From the IMG/VR virus record IMGVR_UViG_3300027908_000025: 64,000 nt of DNA; one strand, given 5' to 3'. Below are positions 7,107 through 15,740 of this stretch, piece by piece (the stretch's first letter is position 1; each line of letters opens with the position of its first letter). Below the pieces are notes generated by a model. That model ran no database searches and had not been told where the DNA came from. It was given only the letters and a program-made list of their open reading frames with translations. The position numbers and the translations under genes are program-made. The DNA comes from a virus.

Positions 7107-7523
7107 CTATTTCAACTTCATATTCCACGCTGGCAAACAGTATGGTTTCTTATGGATGATACCATGAGCATCAATAAGTTCATCAACGGCGCAAAACTCT
7201 TTTTGGGTAACCGCGCATGGATCATTTTGCTTTGTGTGAATGCATGATGCTAGAACAGTAGCTTCGTAGATCATTGTTTGAGTAATACTTTGAATGGAGT
7301 TTGTATAAGCAGTATTTGCATCCACAACTGTGTCTGGATGAATTACAGATTTCTTTTCTCCCACAGCTAGTTTTGGATCGGTAAAGTTTGGCTCGACTTC
7401 CTCTCGAAAGATGTAAGAGTTTGTGGCATCATCAGGGGTCGCGGCATTAGATGGTTGAGGTTTCGTACTCGCACAGGCGCCTACGCATACAAGAACCAGA
7501 GCTAAACTAAGATACGGTTTCAT
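7107..7523 (-). CDS. Lipoprotein
   Basis: MKPYLSLALVLVCVGAC lipobox; 4 Cys in C-terminal part. Confidence 0.7.
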   Translation of the reverse strand: MKPYLSLALVLVCVGACASTKPQPSNAATPDDATNSYIFREEVEPNFTDPKLAVGEKKSVIHPDTVVDANTAYTNSIQSITQTMIYEATVLASCIHTKQNDPCAVTQKEFCAVDELIDAHGIIHKKPYCLPAWNMKLK

Positions 7524-7568
7524 TTTCTATTCCTTTACTTCAAACGACCGATTTCAATGATATGATAT

Positions 7569-7847
7569 TCACTCATCAATCGGATCAACTCCAAACTGAG
7601 ACATGATGTATACAAGATTTTGGTCAGGGTATTTCACCTTTAGTGTAAAGCACTCGTACTTTTCAAGTTTGCCATACTTAGCGAGGAATCTTGTATATCC
7701 TTCTTTCGATTCCATAAGGTCTTCAGCTTTGATGTACTTCAGATCAATGCTAATAATCTCTCCGGCTTTGTCCTTTAGATGACAAACTCCAGGATAATTG
7801 GACAGATAAAAATCGGAGAGCTTAACCTTCTCACTTAGTTGAAACAT
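7569..7847 (-). CDS. Hypothetical protein (SH3-like)
   Basis: Basic beta-rich N-terminus EKVKL...GEIISI. Confidence 0.55.
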   Translation of the reverse strand: MFQLSEKVKLSDFYLSNYPGVCHLKDKAGEIISIDLKYIKAEDLMESKEGYTRFLAKYGKLEKYECFTLKVKYPDQNLVYIMSQFGVDPIDE

Positions 7848-8082
7848 AGTCTATCTTCCTATCGAATCTTATCCGATGTTTGTCAGCAGCCCAGCCAAGC
7901 GCACACTTAGTAGAACACAGCGTCCAATAAGCTTTTGTGTCCATACTTTTGGCACTGTACCAACCGTTAGGTAGCTCTGTTGGATTTGACATTACAATTA
8001 CAGATGACTTCGCGCCACAGAACACGCAATTAATATCGTGTTCATGTGGCTCGTTAGATTGACCAGAACAAATATCACACAT
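7831..8082 (-). CDS. Zn-binding protein
   Basis: CxxC, CxxC...GW...CxxxC. Confidence 0.6.
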   Translation of the reverse strand: MCDICSGQSNEPHEHDINCVFCGAKSSVIVMSNPTELPNGWYSAKSMDTKAYWTLCSTKCALGWAADKHRIRFDRKIDYVSTK

Positions 8083-8092
8083 TCAATTCCTT

Positions 8093-8446
8093 TTAAGTAC
8101 GACCTTTACGGGTAAGAATAAACTCTCTGTCAAACTTCACTGCTGGTCCCTTCTTAGAGGGCTCCCAGCCTGCGATACGGGATAGTCCAATTAATTCCAC
8201 AATATCACCAGGCCCTAGGCCGAGGCTACCCATGTCAATGTTTGGAAAGTTCCTTACGTCAGGCAGAGCCCCCGATTCAATCAGAACACTGTCAAGGTTC
8301 ACCTGCAAAACATTACCAGGCTCATCGCAGTCTTCCTGAATAAAAAGAGACACATGCGGCTCCTCGCCACCATAACAGTTGAAAACATAACGGTACGCCT
8401 TATCGTGCAGATGGACGCGGCGAGAACCTTTCTTCGGGATACTCAT
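8093..8446 (-). CDS. Conserved-type hypothetical protein (MxIPKKGSRR N-terminus)
   Basis: ORF with ATGA coupling. Confidence 0.65.
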   Translation of the reverse strand: MSIPKKGSRRVHLHDKAYRYVFNCYGGEEPHVSLFIQEDCDEPGNVLQVNLDSVLIESGALPDVRNFPNIDMGSLGLGPGDIVELIGLSRIAGWEPSKKGPAVKFDREFILTRKGRT

Positions 8447-8703
8447 TGTGTTTTCTCCTGAGCGTTCTTATGCTTCTTATGCAAGTACAAAGCTGTTCCT
8501 GCAAGCATCCACGATACCCAAGCAAACAATAATGCGTAAAAGAATCCACACGCAACAGCTAAATAATCATGGCGTGAAAATGCAGATGTCAATGCGCAAT
8601 ACATCATAAAGACAGATACAAAAGCTGTCATCACCGATATAATACACGGCCACAATGCGTTATTCCGGCTGTTGAATTGCTTAAATGTCATGTGTAAAAC
8701 CAC
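8443..8703 (-). CDS. 2-TM membrane protein
   Basis: Two hydrophobic segments. Confidence 0.55.
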   Translation of the reverse strand: MVLHMTFKQFNSRNNALWPCIISVMTAFVSVFMMYCALTSAFSRHDYLAVACGFFYALLFAWVSWMLAGTALYLHKKHKNAQEKTQ

Positions 8704-8984
8704 GGATCAAAACCAGCTCGTCTATACTGGATAAGTCTAGTCTCTAATTCCTCTTGCACATCATGAGGAACGTGCTTAACTTCAGTCTTCAGAGACAGTT
8801 CATTCGAGTACCAAGTCAATCGAATGTCTCTGCTAGTATCAACTATAGCATACAATGGACAAGTAGTATGCTTCTGCACACTCACGATGATGCCAAAGTT
8901 ACTTGGCCTATACTTTGCTGGGAGGTCTTGACAATGGCAGACATCCGACATAAGAACAATATCACCAACTGATCTATTCTTCAT
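8688..8984 (-). CDS. SH3/KOW-like hypothetical protein
   Basis: VGDIV...GIIVSV...YAIV pattern. Confidence 0.55.
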   Translation of the reverse strand: MKNRSVGDIVLMSDVCHCQDLPAKYRPSNFGIIVSVQKHTTCPLYAIVDTSRDIRLTWYSNELSLKTEVKHVPHDVQEELETRLIQYRRAGFDPWFYT

Positions 8985-8993
8985 TGTATTCTT

Positions 8994-9090
8994 TGGTGGC
9001 AGGGATGAGAATCGAACTACATCTTTATATCTAACAGGTCCAGATTTTCAGTCTGAACCATTATTACTTCGTTGGATATCTTATACCCTA
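8994..9090 (-). pseudogene. Degenerate tRNA (Tyr-like 3' half, GAA anticodon)
   Basis: TCAGA-CTGAAAA-TCTGG arm, bulged T arm GATGTAG-TTCGATT-CTCATC, 3' CCCTGCC-A-CCA; no canonical 5' acceptor strand or D arm. Confidence 0.4.
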
Positions 9091-9256
9091 GTTGCGTAAT
9101 AACTTCAGTTAACCAGATCAACGAACCCCTTTATGCAAGCCGAAGCCAACTTTCAGGTTCTCCCTAGTCTGTTGTTGATATGCCAACATTCAATATTCCC
9201 AAGCTACCCTTTTGAATGAGTAGTGGGCGTAAAGAATGTTCCCACCAAGTGCTGTA

Positions 9257-9286
9257 ACTATAACTCTGGCTAGGCTTTATTGTCAA
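9257..9286 (-). promoter_or_regulatory. sigma70-type promoter
   Basis: TTGACA-N18-TATAGT. Confidence 0.55.
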
Positions 9287-9738
9287 GCGTGGAGTTTATG
9301 CGACTCTCGCACCAGAGCTTCGATGTGTGCGGCTTCTGCTGTAACTGCATCGCGCAGGGGCCTTGGAACAGAAGCAGTTCTTACCCACTCCTGAGCAAGA
9401 CTGCGTAATGTAACAGCCGTAGTATTCGCTGCAATATGCTGCATCACCTTCATAGTGATCTCATGACCACTACCCGGGATACCTTGTAGGACAAGGGGCT
9501 TCTTTGCAAGACGACCGCTCGCAATCTTCTTTGAAAGCTCCCTATCGAAATGAGGAGTGATAAGCTTGCCATCCTCCATGTAAGGAGGATGTAGGGTAGA
9601 GACTGCATACCGAATGGTACCATTTTCTCTGTTGACGCTTGTAACAACGCATGCTACTGGATTGCCTCGTGACATGCTACCATCATCCTTACGTCGGACG
9701 TTTACATTGTCACGCAGGTAGTAAATTCTCAAAGCCAT
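9283..9738 (-). CDS. Phage-type hypothetical protein
   Basis: Start re-called to MALRI (GAGGAG RBS); YAVSTLHP...FDRELSKKIASGRL motif. Confidence 0.7.
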   Translation of the reverse strand: MALRIYYLRDNVNVRRKDDGSMSRGNPVACVVTSVNRENGTIRYAVSTLHPPYMEDGKLITPHFDRELSKKIASGRLAKKPLVLQGIPGSGHEITMKVMQHIAANTTAVTLRSLAQEWVRTASVPRPLRDAVTAEAAHIEALVRESHKLHA

Positions 9739-9772
9739 CGGTTCTATCTCCTCGTTGGTTCTAGCAGTTACT

Positions 9773-9801
9773 ATCATAGGGATTGCGGGGGCGGTTGTCA
9801 A
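9773..9801 (-). promoter_or_regulatory. sigma70-type promoter (near consensus)
   Basis: TTGACA-N17-TATGAT. Confidence 0.8.
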
Positions 9802-9847
9802 GGCTTCCTTTGTCGAGAGATTAATTAATGCTATCAGAGTACTACTG

Positions 9848-10909
9848 ATGTACTTCATTTATGCTTTGAGGGACAAAACCACCGGCAAGGTCTATATAGG
9901 GAAGACTAACGATCCGGAAAAAAGACACAAGATGCATTTATGGTTGGCCAGTAGGCCTAATCACCCGGGGCATTCATTTGTTCATCGTGCTATAAACAGG
10001 CATGGAGCTGATAGTTTTGAGTTCACTATAATTGATTCAGCAGAAGACGAGAATGTAATCTTTGAGCGTGAGAGGTATTGGATAGCACAATACAATTCAA
10101 AGTCAAGAGAGTTCGGTTACAATCTCACAGATGGTGGCGAAGGGCCGAGCGGACTAATTAAGGACACGAAGTTCGTATCCGAAGATGATCTAGAAGAATA
10201 CTTCTGGTCTCATATTGAAAAGCAAGATAATGGATGCTGGAAGTGGATTGCTACCTTTGATAAGGTGGGTCTCCCACATATAAAGTATCAGAAGGCAAAA
10301 TATGCGCATAGCAGTGACTGTTCAGTTAGAAGGTTATCATTGGAACTGGCAGGAAACCCTGCGCCAAAATGCCACATCTTTTCTTACTGCGATAAGACCT
10401 GCGTTAATCCTGAACATCTATTCGCTGGCAATGAGGCGCGATTCTGGGCAAAGGTAGATAAATCTGGTGAGTGTTGGTTGTGGACAGCTTCCAAAGATAG
10501 AGATGGCTTTGGAAAATTCAGTGCTATTATTGATGGACAGATGAAGGATTTACGCGCTAGCAGATATTCTTATGAGCTTCATTACGGGAAAATTGCGCCA
10601 AACGAAGTTGTATCACACACCTGTAATAACGCTCACTGTGTGAAACCAACTCACCTAGTTCTGATTAACAACGAAGAGTATTACACAACAATCGCTGAAA
10701 GAAGTGCTTCCGCTAAAAAGACGCGGTTGAGAAAAATCATGCCAACAAAAGAGGAGTTCCAAACGCTTGTGTGGGTAAAACCAATCAAATACATAGCTCA
10801 GGATATAGGAGTATCAGAAGGTTACGTAATACGAACGATACGAAACTTGGGATTAACAAAACCACCTAATGGTTATTGGATTAGAGCGCAAAACAAAAAA
10901 GCCGCGTAA
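9848..10909 (+). CDS. Homing-endonuclease-like protein: GIY-YIG plus two HNH/His-Cys-like modules plus C-terminal HTH
   Basis: YFIYALR...KVYIGKT...R...H...FERERYWI...GYNLTDGG; two (R/Y)FW...CWxW...CVxPxHL modules; PTKEEF...KP..GYW tail. Confidence 0.88.
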   Translation: MYFIYALRDKTTGKVYIGKTNDPEKRHKMHLWLASRPNHPGHSFVHRAINRHGADSFEFTIIDSAEDENVIFERERYWIAQYNSKSREFGYNLTDGGEGPSGLIKDTKFVSEDDLEEYFWSHIEKQDNGCWKWIATFDKVGLPHIKYQKAKYAHSSDCSVRRLSLELAGNPAPKCHIFSYCDKTCVNPEHLFAGNEARFWAKVDKSGECWLWTASKDRDGFGKFSAIIDGQMKDLRASRYSYELHYGKIAPNEVVSHTCNNAHCVKPTHLVLINNEEYYTTIAERSASAKKTRLRKIMPTKEEFQTLVWVKPIKYIAQDIGVSEGYVIRTIRNLGLTKPPNGYWIRAQNKKAA

Positions 10910-10927
10910 GTTTCCCTACGCGGCTTT
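10891..10927 (-). terminator. Rho-independent terminator (possibly bidirectional)
   Basis: AAAGCCGCGTA-GGGAAACT-TACGCGGCTTTTTTGTTTT on minus strand. Confidence 0.8.
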
Positions 10928-10946
10928 ATGTGAGACGAAGTGCGAA

Positions 10947-11420
10947 TTACTGCGCATTCTTCGCAGCGAGGGCCTTGCGGGCCTTATCCAGATACTCGGC
11001 GCCAGCCGGGCGCACGCCTCCATTTTTGCCTCTTGCGATCGCAAAAAGACCGGGCGCGGCAGCCTCACCGCGCAGGAAGGCATCGACCTGCTTGCTCTCA
11101 CCTCGGATAAAGCCCTTGACAGCCTCACCGATCTTGGTCTCCGAACCGGCAGCCACCTTCATCTCAGTGACAACGCGGTTGGTGAGAGAACCGAGGTCGA
11201 AGCTGGTCTTCGGGAACTGCTCGTACACCGAAATAACAGCCGCGCGGATGCGCTCCGTGGGAACCTCGTTCGCGACGACGTAGCTGCGGGCCTCTGCCTC
11301 AAGCTTGCGCATCGTGGCCTCCAGATCCGCCGTACCGTGCGCGTCTCGCACCAGGGCCCGGCCCCAGTTGATCCCAGTACCCTTGTCCTCGTCCGCCGTA
11401 GCATTCTGTTCGTTGCTCAT
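10947..11420 (-). CDS. GC-rich, probably highly expressed protein with wHTH-like C-terminus
   Basis: Start MSNEQ; GLFAIARGKNGGVR wing; visibly GC-richer than flanks. Confidence 0.75.
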   Translation of the reverse strand: MSNEQNATADEDKGTGINWGRALVRDAHGTADLEATMRKLEAEARSYVVANEVPTERIRAAVISVYEQFPKTSFDLGSLTNRVVTEMKVAAGSETKIGEAVKGFIRGESKQVDAFLRGEAAAPGLFAIARGKNGGVRPAGAEYLDKARKALAAKNAQ

Positions 11421-11482
11421 GATTGACCTTCTCTTTCTTTGTTTTTGAACCTGCGGGGCGTTGTTTGCTCCCGACAAAGAAC

Positions 11483-11510
11483 ATTGTAATGTCGCTCCGG
11501 ACGATTGCAA
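11483..11510 (-). promoter_or_regulatory. sigma70-type promoter
   Basis: TTGCAA-N16-TACAAT. Confidence 0.55.
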
Positions 11511-11569
11511 GGGCAGAAGGTCAAATACTCGTGTGAATTTCCGATTACTAACGTAAACTGCTGAATGGG

Positions 11570-11767
11570 TTAGCCATTCTTGGGCTGAGTACGCTCCTCG
11601 ATATGCTTGGATACCTCGCTGGCGTCCTGCGAGACCTTCTGAATCTTCTCTGTGAGGGTCTTATCGCCAAGCGGGGCTGCCTTACGGGCCAGGTCACCAG
11701 CTTCGCGCGACAAACGTTCAGAAGACTTCTTGATTTCTTCAACGACTTCTCTCTTTGTGGCTGCCAT
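11570..11767 (-). CDS. Small coiled-coil protein
   Basis: GGAGAG RBS; heptad pattern. Confidence 0.7.
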   Translation of the reverse strand: MAATKREVVEEIKKSSERLSREAGDLARKAAPLGDKTLTEKIQKVSQDASEVSKHIEERTQPKNG

Positions 11768-11780
11768 GTTCTTCTCTCCT

Positions 11781-12095
11781 TCAAAAACCCAGTCTTGTTA
11801 GATGCTTGATGTGGTTATGTAGTTTTGTATCCGACTCACTTAATCGAGTCAATACCTCATAGAAGAGAGCAAACTCACGTTTGCTAAAGAAGTACCAGCA
11901 ATCAACGGGTACACTTCCGTCCTTAAGCTCGGACTTCTTGTAGATGCCAACACCTGGACTACCAAACGAAGTCATACCATACCCATACTTAGCTAGAAGT
12001 CTACCTACTTCAGTAGCAATTGATAGGTCGGATAGTTTAGGCACGCTTACTTTTTGTGGCACTTTTCTTGTTAGCATTGGTACCTGCCAGCGCAT
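11781..12095 (-). CDS. Hypothetical protein (start uncertain)
   Basis: 3' part of the 11781-12242 ORF. Confidence 0.45.
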   Translation of the reverse strand: MRWQVPMLTRKVPQKVSVPKLSDLSIATEVGRLLAKYGYGMTSFGSPGVGIYKKSELKDGSVPVDCWYFFSKREFALFYEVLTRLSESDTKLHNHIKHLTRLGF

Positions 12096-12915
12096 AGACA
12101 AATCCTTCTCTAACGAATTTGCTTTCGTCCTGCATTGCTTTATATACTGCGCTATAAGAACAGTTGTATCCCATCCGCTGCAAGATAGCATACACAACAG
12201 AAGGGTAAAGTCCTGGCGGGGCGTAGAACTTTTGCACAACACCTACGACAATATCCTTAATCGTAATGAGCTTATCCTTATTAGGATCGCTTTGATGTGC
12301 AGCAGTAGTTCTTTCTATAGGACGTGGCTCAAAAGCAGCTCTCAGTCGGAACTTAGCTTTCCCAACCTTGTCGAACATGTAATAGTGTCTTCTGATAGCA
12401 GAATTAACCTCTGCATACTTATGGTGTACAGAGGTAGTCTTCCATCCAATCTGCTCCAAGCGTTCGATAATCTCACTTAGATGTAAGCCATCATCGTTTC
12501 CACGAAGGACTTTGGCAATGTAAGACTCAATTGATGTTGGGGAAATCTGGAACTGGTCTGGATCGATAACGGTAATAGCATTACTTCTACGAAGACGTTC
12601 CTCCCTATTTAGGTGGAAGCTAATCATATCGCGAACCTCAAGAAGAATTCGCGCATCTTTCTTGGTAAGAAGTCTTTTGTCCTCTTCTTCGGTATGTAAG
12701 TTCGTTGCAAGTGTCTCTGCTACAATCGGTGGAACCGATTTATATGTGGGACTGCTGTCAGTTGGTAGACCACACTCTCTTCTTACGTCGTTAAGAGAAG
12801 TGGCTTTTTGAGCCTCATCCATAGAAGAATAGTGCTCCTTCCAATCGGCAGTTCTAGATGCAGCCGATGTAGCTTCTTTCCAATCCGCACTTCTCGAAGC
12901 AATCATGTTTGTCAT
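12037..12915 (-). CDS. Protein with two winged-helix (HARE-HTH-like) domains
   Basis: IAKVLRGNDDGLHLSEIIERL...VNSAI...FDKVGKAKFRL and a second wHTH ...SAVYKAMQ...FVREGFVYAL. Confidence 0.65.
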   Translation of the reverse strand: MTNMIASRSADWKEATSAASRTADWKEHYSSMDEAQKATSLNDVRRECGLPTDSSPTYKSVPPIVAETLATNLHTEEEDKRLLTKKDARILLEVRDMISFHLNREERLRRSNAITVIDPDQFQISPTSIESYIAKVLRGNDDGLHLSEIIERLEQIGWKTTSVHHKYAEVNSAIRRHYYMFDKVGKAKFRLRAAFEPRPIERTTAAHQSDPNKDKLITIKDIVVGVVQKFYAPPGLYPSVVYAILQRMGYNCSYSAVYKAMQDESKFVREGFVYALAGTNANKKSATKSKRA

Positions 12916-13454
12916 CCGAAAAAGCGTTTACCGATAGAGAGAAAAAGTAGTCCAAGAAGCCAGATAAGAATCGGAGAGCTAGCAATAACTGTACCGAAGA
13001 GCCATGTAATAATCCCTGCTGGACTGTCATGAAAGTCGGGCACATCCCACTTGAGTTTCTTACCTACATATCGTCCTAAGAAATAGAACCCTGGGAATGC
13101 TGTTGCAATCGCTATGAGAAGAGCAGCTAATGCAACAAGAACAACTGCAATACCAAGTAGGATTTGCGTATACAGCATGTTGCGCCACTCAAATGCTAGT
13201 ACTGCAAGGATGAATGCAATCCATGCCGGATACTTTAGAAACCTAAGCTTGTGTGCTACATCCGCAGCACGCTCAGTAAATCGTAGCCATTTCAATATAC
13301 CGCCACACGTGGCACAATGTAATTCAGCTGGAAGCTCCTCGGTTTTCTGACAGTTGCCACAAAGAAGCCGCTCGTAAGTATCATCCTCTTCGATGGTCTT
13401 AAAACACTTATCGCAATGCATATTCACCTTACCATTACAGGTATAGCTACCCAT
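12912..13454 (-). CDS. Zn-ribbon plus membrane protein
   Basis: Three CxxC then TM helices; similar architecture to 48865-49320. Confidence 0.7.
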   Translation of the reverse strand: MGSYTCNGKVNMHCDKCFKTIEEDDTYERLLCGNCQKTEELPAELHCATCGGILKWLRFTERAADVAHKLRFLKYPAWIAFILAVLAFEWRNMLYTQILLGIAVVLVALAALLIAIATAFPGFYFLGRYVGKKLKWDVPDFHDSPAGIITWLFGTVIASSPILIWLLGLLFLSIGKRFFG

Positions 13455-13460
13455 ACTATT

Positions 13461-13766
13461 TTAGTGGTTGCAATCAGGGCCGTGAACATGCTCATCTAAA
13501 TGAACCTCATCGCTTGGAATAGGTTCTGCTTCACCCTTACTAAGAGATGCAAGCCGTTCCTTAAGCATATCCACATGAGCTTTGGGAATCTCATAGCAGT
13601 GCTCACAACCTAGCTTGTTAGGGAGCAAAGTCCTACTGAACGTTCGACAGTAAGGATTAGGGCAAACACTTTCGCCTTGCACGCCACGCTGCGACCTTTC
13701 CTTGAATGATGGCATAGGCTTAACATCTTCGCGATGCCGCAGTTTCTTATCTGATCGATTACTCAT
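13461..13766 (-). CDS. Zn-binding protein with His-rich tail
   Basis: CPNPYC...CEHC; HVHGPDCNH C-terminus. Confidence 0.65.
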   Translation of the reverse strand: MSNRSDKKLRHREDVKPMPSFKERSQRGVQGESVCPNPYCRTFSRTLLPNKLGCEHCYEIPKAHVDMLKERLASLSKGEAEPIPSDEVHLDEHVHGPDCNH

Positions 13767-13924
13767 GCTGCCTCCGGTTCATCATGGTAGGTATTATCTT
13801 CCCACCTATATACTCCCAGATGAAGTATTAATTGCCCGTTGCTGTCATGCGACAAATCATCAGGCATCGTATCATTTGCCAACCCGCCCATAATAGTACG
13901 AACTTCTTCTTCAGATAACTGCAT
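13763..13924 (-). CDS. Small acidic protein (not in ORF track, 53 aa)
   Basis: MQLSEEEVRTIMGGLANDTMPDD...; GGAG RBS; ATGA overlap. Confidence 0.55.
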   Translation of the reverse strand: MQLSEEEVRTIMGGLANDTMPDDLSHDSNGQLILHLGVYRWEDNTYHDEPEAA

Positions 13925-14132
13925 TTTATAGCTCCATTTGGTTGTTAGTCTTCTCTATGCCAAGAGAGTTTTCGTTAGTGAAAAGTGCCAGTAGTTCCTT
14001 CCTAAAGCTATCCTGGAACGCAGCAATTCTAATTCGTCTCGACAAATTGGGCTTTCCGCTTTGGAGCTTTTATCTTTGGAGACTTTTCGAATTGGTTGGA
14101 TAGATCCTGGCAGTAGGTCTCAGCTAGACTTA

Positions 14133-14435
14133 TTATCCGATATAGACTCTTGTGATCTCGAATGAACCGCTGTCCTGCTTTTCAATTCGAACATTCAGCC
14201 TATCATCTCGAAGCTCCATTGTTCCAATTGTATTGGGCAGCCAAGTGCGAACTTGTAAGCCCCGGCCCTTCGCTTCGGCAGTAAGCTCATTTAAGCTCGT
14301 ATCTTCTGCTGCAATATCGTAGATAGTGCATCCGCACTCCTTACCACCGATATTCTCTACATGCTCGGACTCGTTTACAAGCACTTTTGTGCCGAGATAC
14401 TTTTCGAAGCCCGTCTTTTCAATCTGCTTTCCCAT
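14133..14435 (-). CDS. Peptidase inhibitor I78/potato inhibitor I-like protein
   Basis: VRTWLPNTIGTMELRDDRLNVRI...ITRVYIG matches the R..P....TM..R.DRLN pattern; GAGGA RBS. Confidence 0.7.
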   Translation of the reverse strand: MGKQIEKTGFEKYLGTKVLVNESEHVENIGGKECGCTIYDIAAEDTSLNELTAEAKGRGLQVRTWLPNTIGTMELRDDRLNVRIEKQDSGSFEITRVYIG

Positions 14436-14482
14436 TGCATCCTCGCCTATCATGCCCACTATAGCAACGAAATGCGAGCTTG

Positions 14483-15193
14483 TCAATGCCCCGTGATAAC
14501 TTGTTTTCGAACAGCCTCACAATCATCACACCAGCATCCACATTTCTTTGGACATGGAGAATGTTTACCCGGCGGACTGTGTAAACATGCTTCACTTATG
14601 TTGGTAGGCTTCTTTCTTTCCTTATACTGCCAGTCTTTTACCTTCACGCTGCTTGCGCGCCTCGTTTCGTACATCAGATCACGAATGTGGAACTTATTAA
14701 TGAGGCCACTATAAAAGCTGTAAGCCTCAATGTCAGCTTTGAAAGACTTCTGCTCCTCTTCTCCGTTGCATAATGCTAGGAGAAAGTCATTGTCAAAGAG
14801 CATTCCGAACGTAGCGGGGCGATCTGCTCTACAAAGTAGCATCATCGTATCTTTATAGTGGCGCTCCCAAACGATAGTCCGCATCTTTAGAAGCGTCATG
14901 AATATACATACGTCCGATACATGACGATAAAGAATGGGAGTCTTCTTTACCTGCTCAAGAAAGCTATCACTCATGTCAGCTTCCATTTCAGATCGTTGCG
15001 TCCAAGGTAGTTGTCTTGCTTCTTCTCGCCACGTTGCTGCCTCTGTAAGCAGCCATACCGCATTTCCCATCCACTCGGTATAGCTTTTCCTATCTCCGAG
15101 GATAAGATCTCTGTGAGCGAATGCAATAGCGCGTCGTGCTTCTCTGCACCAATACATCGCACGCCCCTGATAGTATTCGCGAGTGTCAGCCAT
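14483..15193 (-). CDS. Hypothetical protein with Cys/His-rich C-terminus
   Basis: 236-aa ORF. Confidence 0.65.
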   Translation of the reverse strand: MADTREYYQGRAMYWCREARRAIAFAHRDLILGDRKSYTEWMGNAVWLLTEAATWREEARQLPWTQRSEMEADMSDSFLEQVKKTPILYRHVSDVCIFMTLLKMRTIVWERHYKDTMMLLCRADRPATFGMLFDNDFLLALCNGEEEQKSFKADIEAYSFYSGLINKFHIRDLMYETRRASSVKVKDWQYKERKKPTNISEACLHSPPGKHSPCPKKCGCWCDDCEAVRKQVITGH

Positions 15194-15344
15194 TTCGTTC
15201 TCTCAAAGCTAGCAAGTTTGCTGCTTCGATACAAGCGTCAGCAATAGCACGAAGCTTTAGATCAAGTTCGAAATCTCTTCTGCTATTAGCGCGCAGCTCC
15301 TCAGCTTTGAATGCTAGCTTGCGTACAGCATGCTCCATACTCAT
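15186..15344 (-). CDS. Small helical protein (not in ORF track, 52 aa)
   Basis: MSMEHAVRKLAFKAEEL...; overlaps neighbours at both ends. Confidence 0.5.
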   Translation of the reverse strand: MSMEHAVRKLAFKAEELRANSRRDFELDLKLRAIADACIEAANLLALRERNG

Positions 15345-15739
15345 TGAGCCGCAAGCTCTTGTACTAGTTGTTTCACAAGATCACCAGAGAACATAATCTG
15401 TCTGGTGGCAATGCCCATCTTGTGCAGATCTTCTGCCATGTATTTAGCTTGTTCGTTGTATGAATGCACGATAGCCATAGGAGGAAACTTCTCTTGTGGG
15501 ATATGGTCTCTCATGTAATGAATGACTGTATGACCGGTGCGCTCGATCTTGCGCTCGTTTTCCACTACGAAATCGCCCAAATCCCTATCAAACATAATGA
15601 GACCGAGTTGAAGCTCAGCATTTAGAATACCAATACATTCGTCGTAATTCCAAGCATGCAGTACGCAATGGTGCGGGCCAAGATATTTCTCAATCAAGTC
15701 ATGACGTTCTTGCATGTCATCTAGAAACAGGACATACAT
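15341..15739 (-). CDS. Cyclic-phosphate-processing receiver-domain protein
   Basis: VLFLDD...FDRDLG...TGHTV...IVHSYN matches the LFLDD/DHDLG/TG/HSxN pattern. Confidence 0.75.
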   Translation of the reverse strand: MYVLFLDDMQERHDLIEKYLGPHHCVLHAWNYDECIGILNAELQLGLIMFDRDLGDFVVENERKIERTGHTVIHYMRDHIPQEKFPPMAIVHSYNEQAKYMAEDLHKMGIATRQIMFSGDLVKQLVQELAAQ

Positions 15740-15740
15740 A

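Noticed and set aside
8994-9090. Functional tRNA-Phe(GAA) or tmRNA
   Set aside because: No canonical D arm or 5' acceptor strand, bulged T stem, no G3-U70 pair or tag reading frame seen
10869-11426. Multiple long alternative-frame ORFs over 10947-11420 (similarly over 54469-54921)
   Set aside because: Expected by-product of locally high GC; only the MSN-starting frame has an RBS and a promoter
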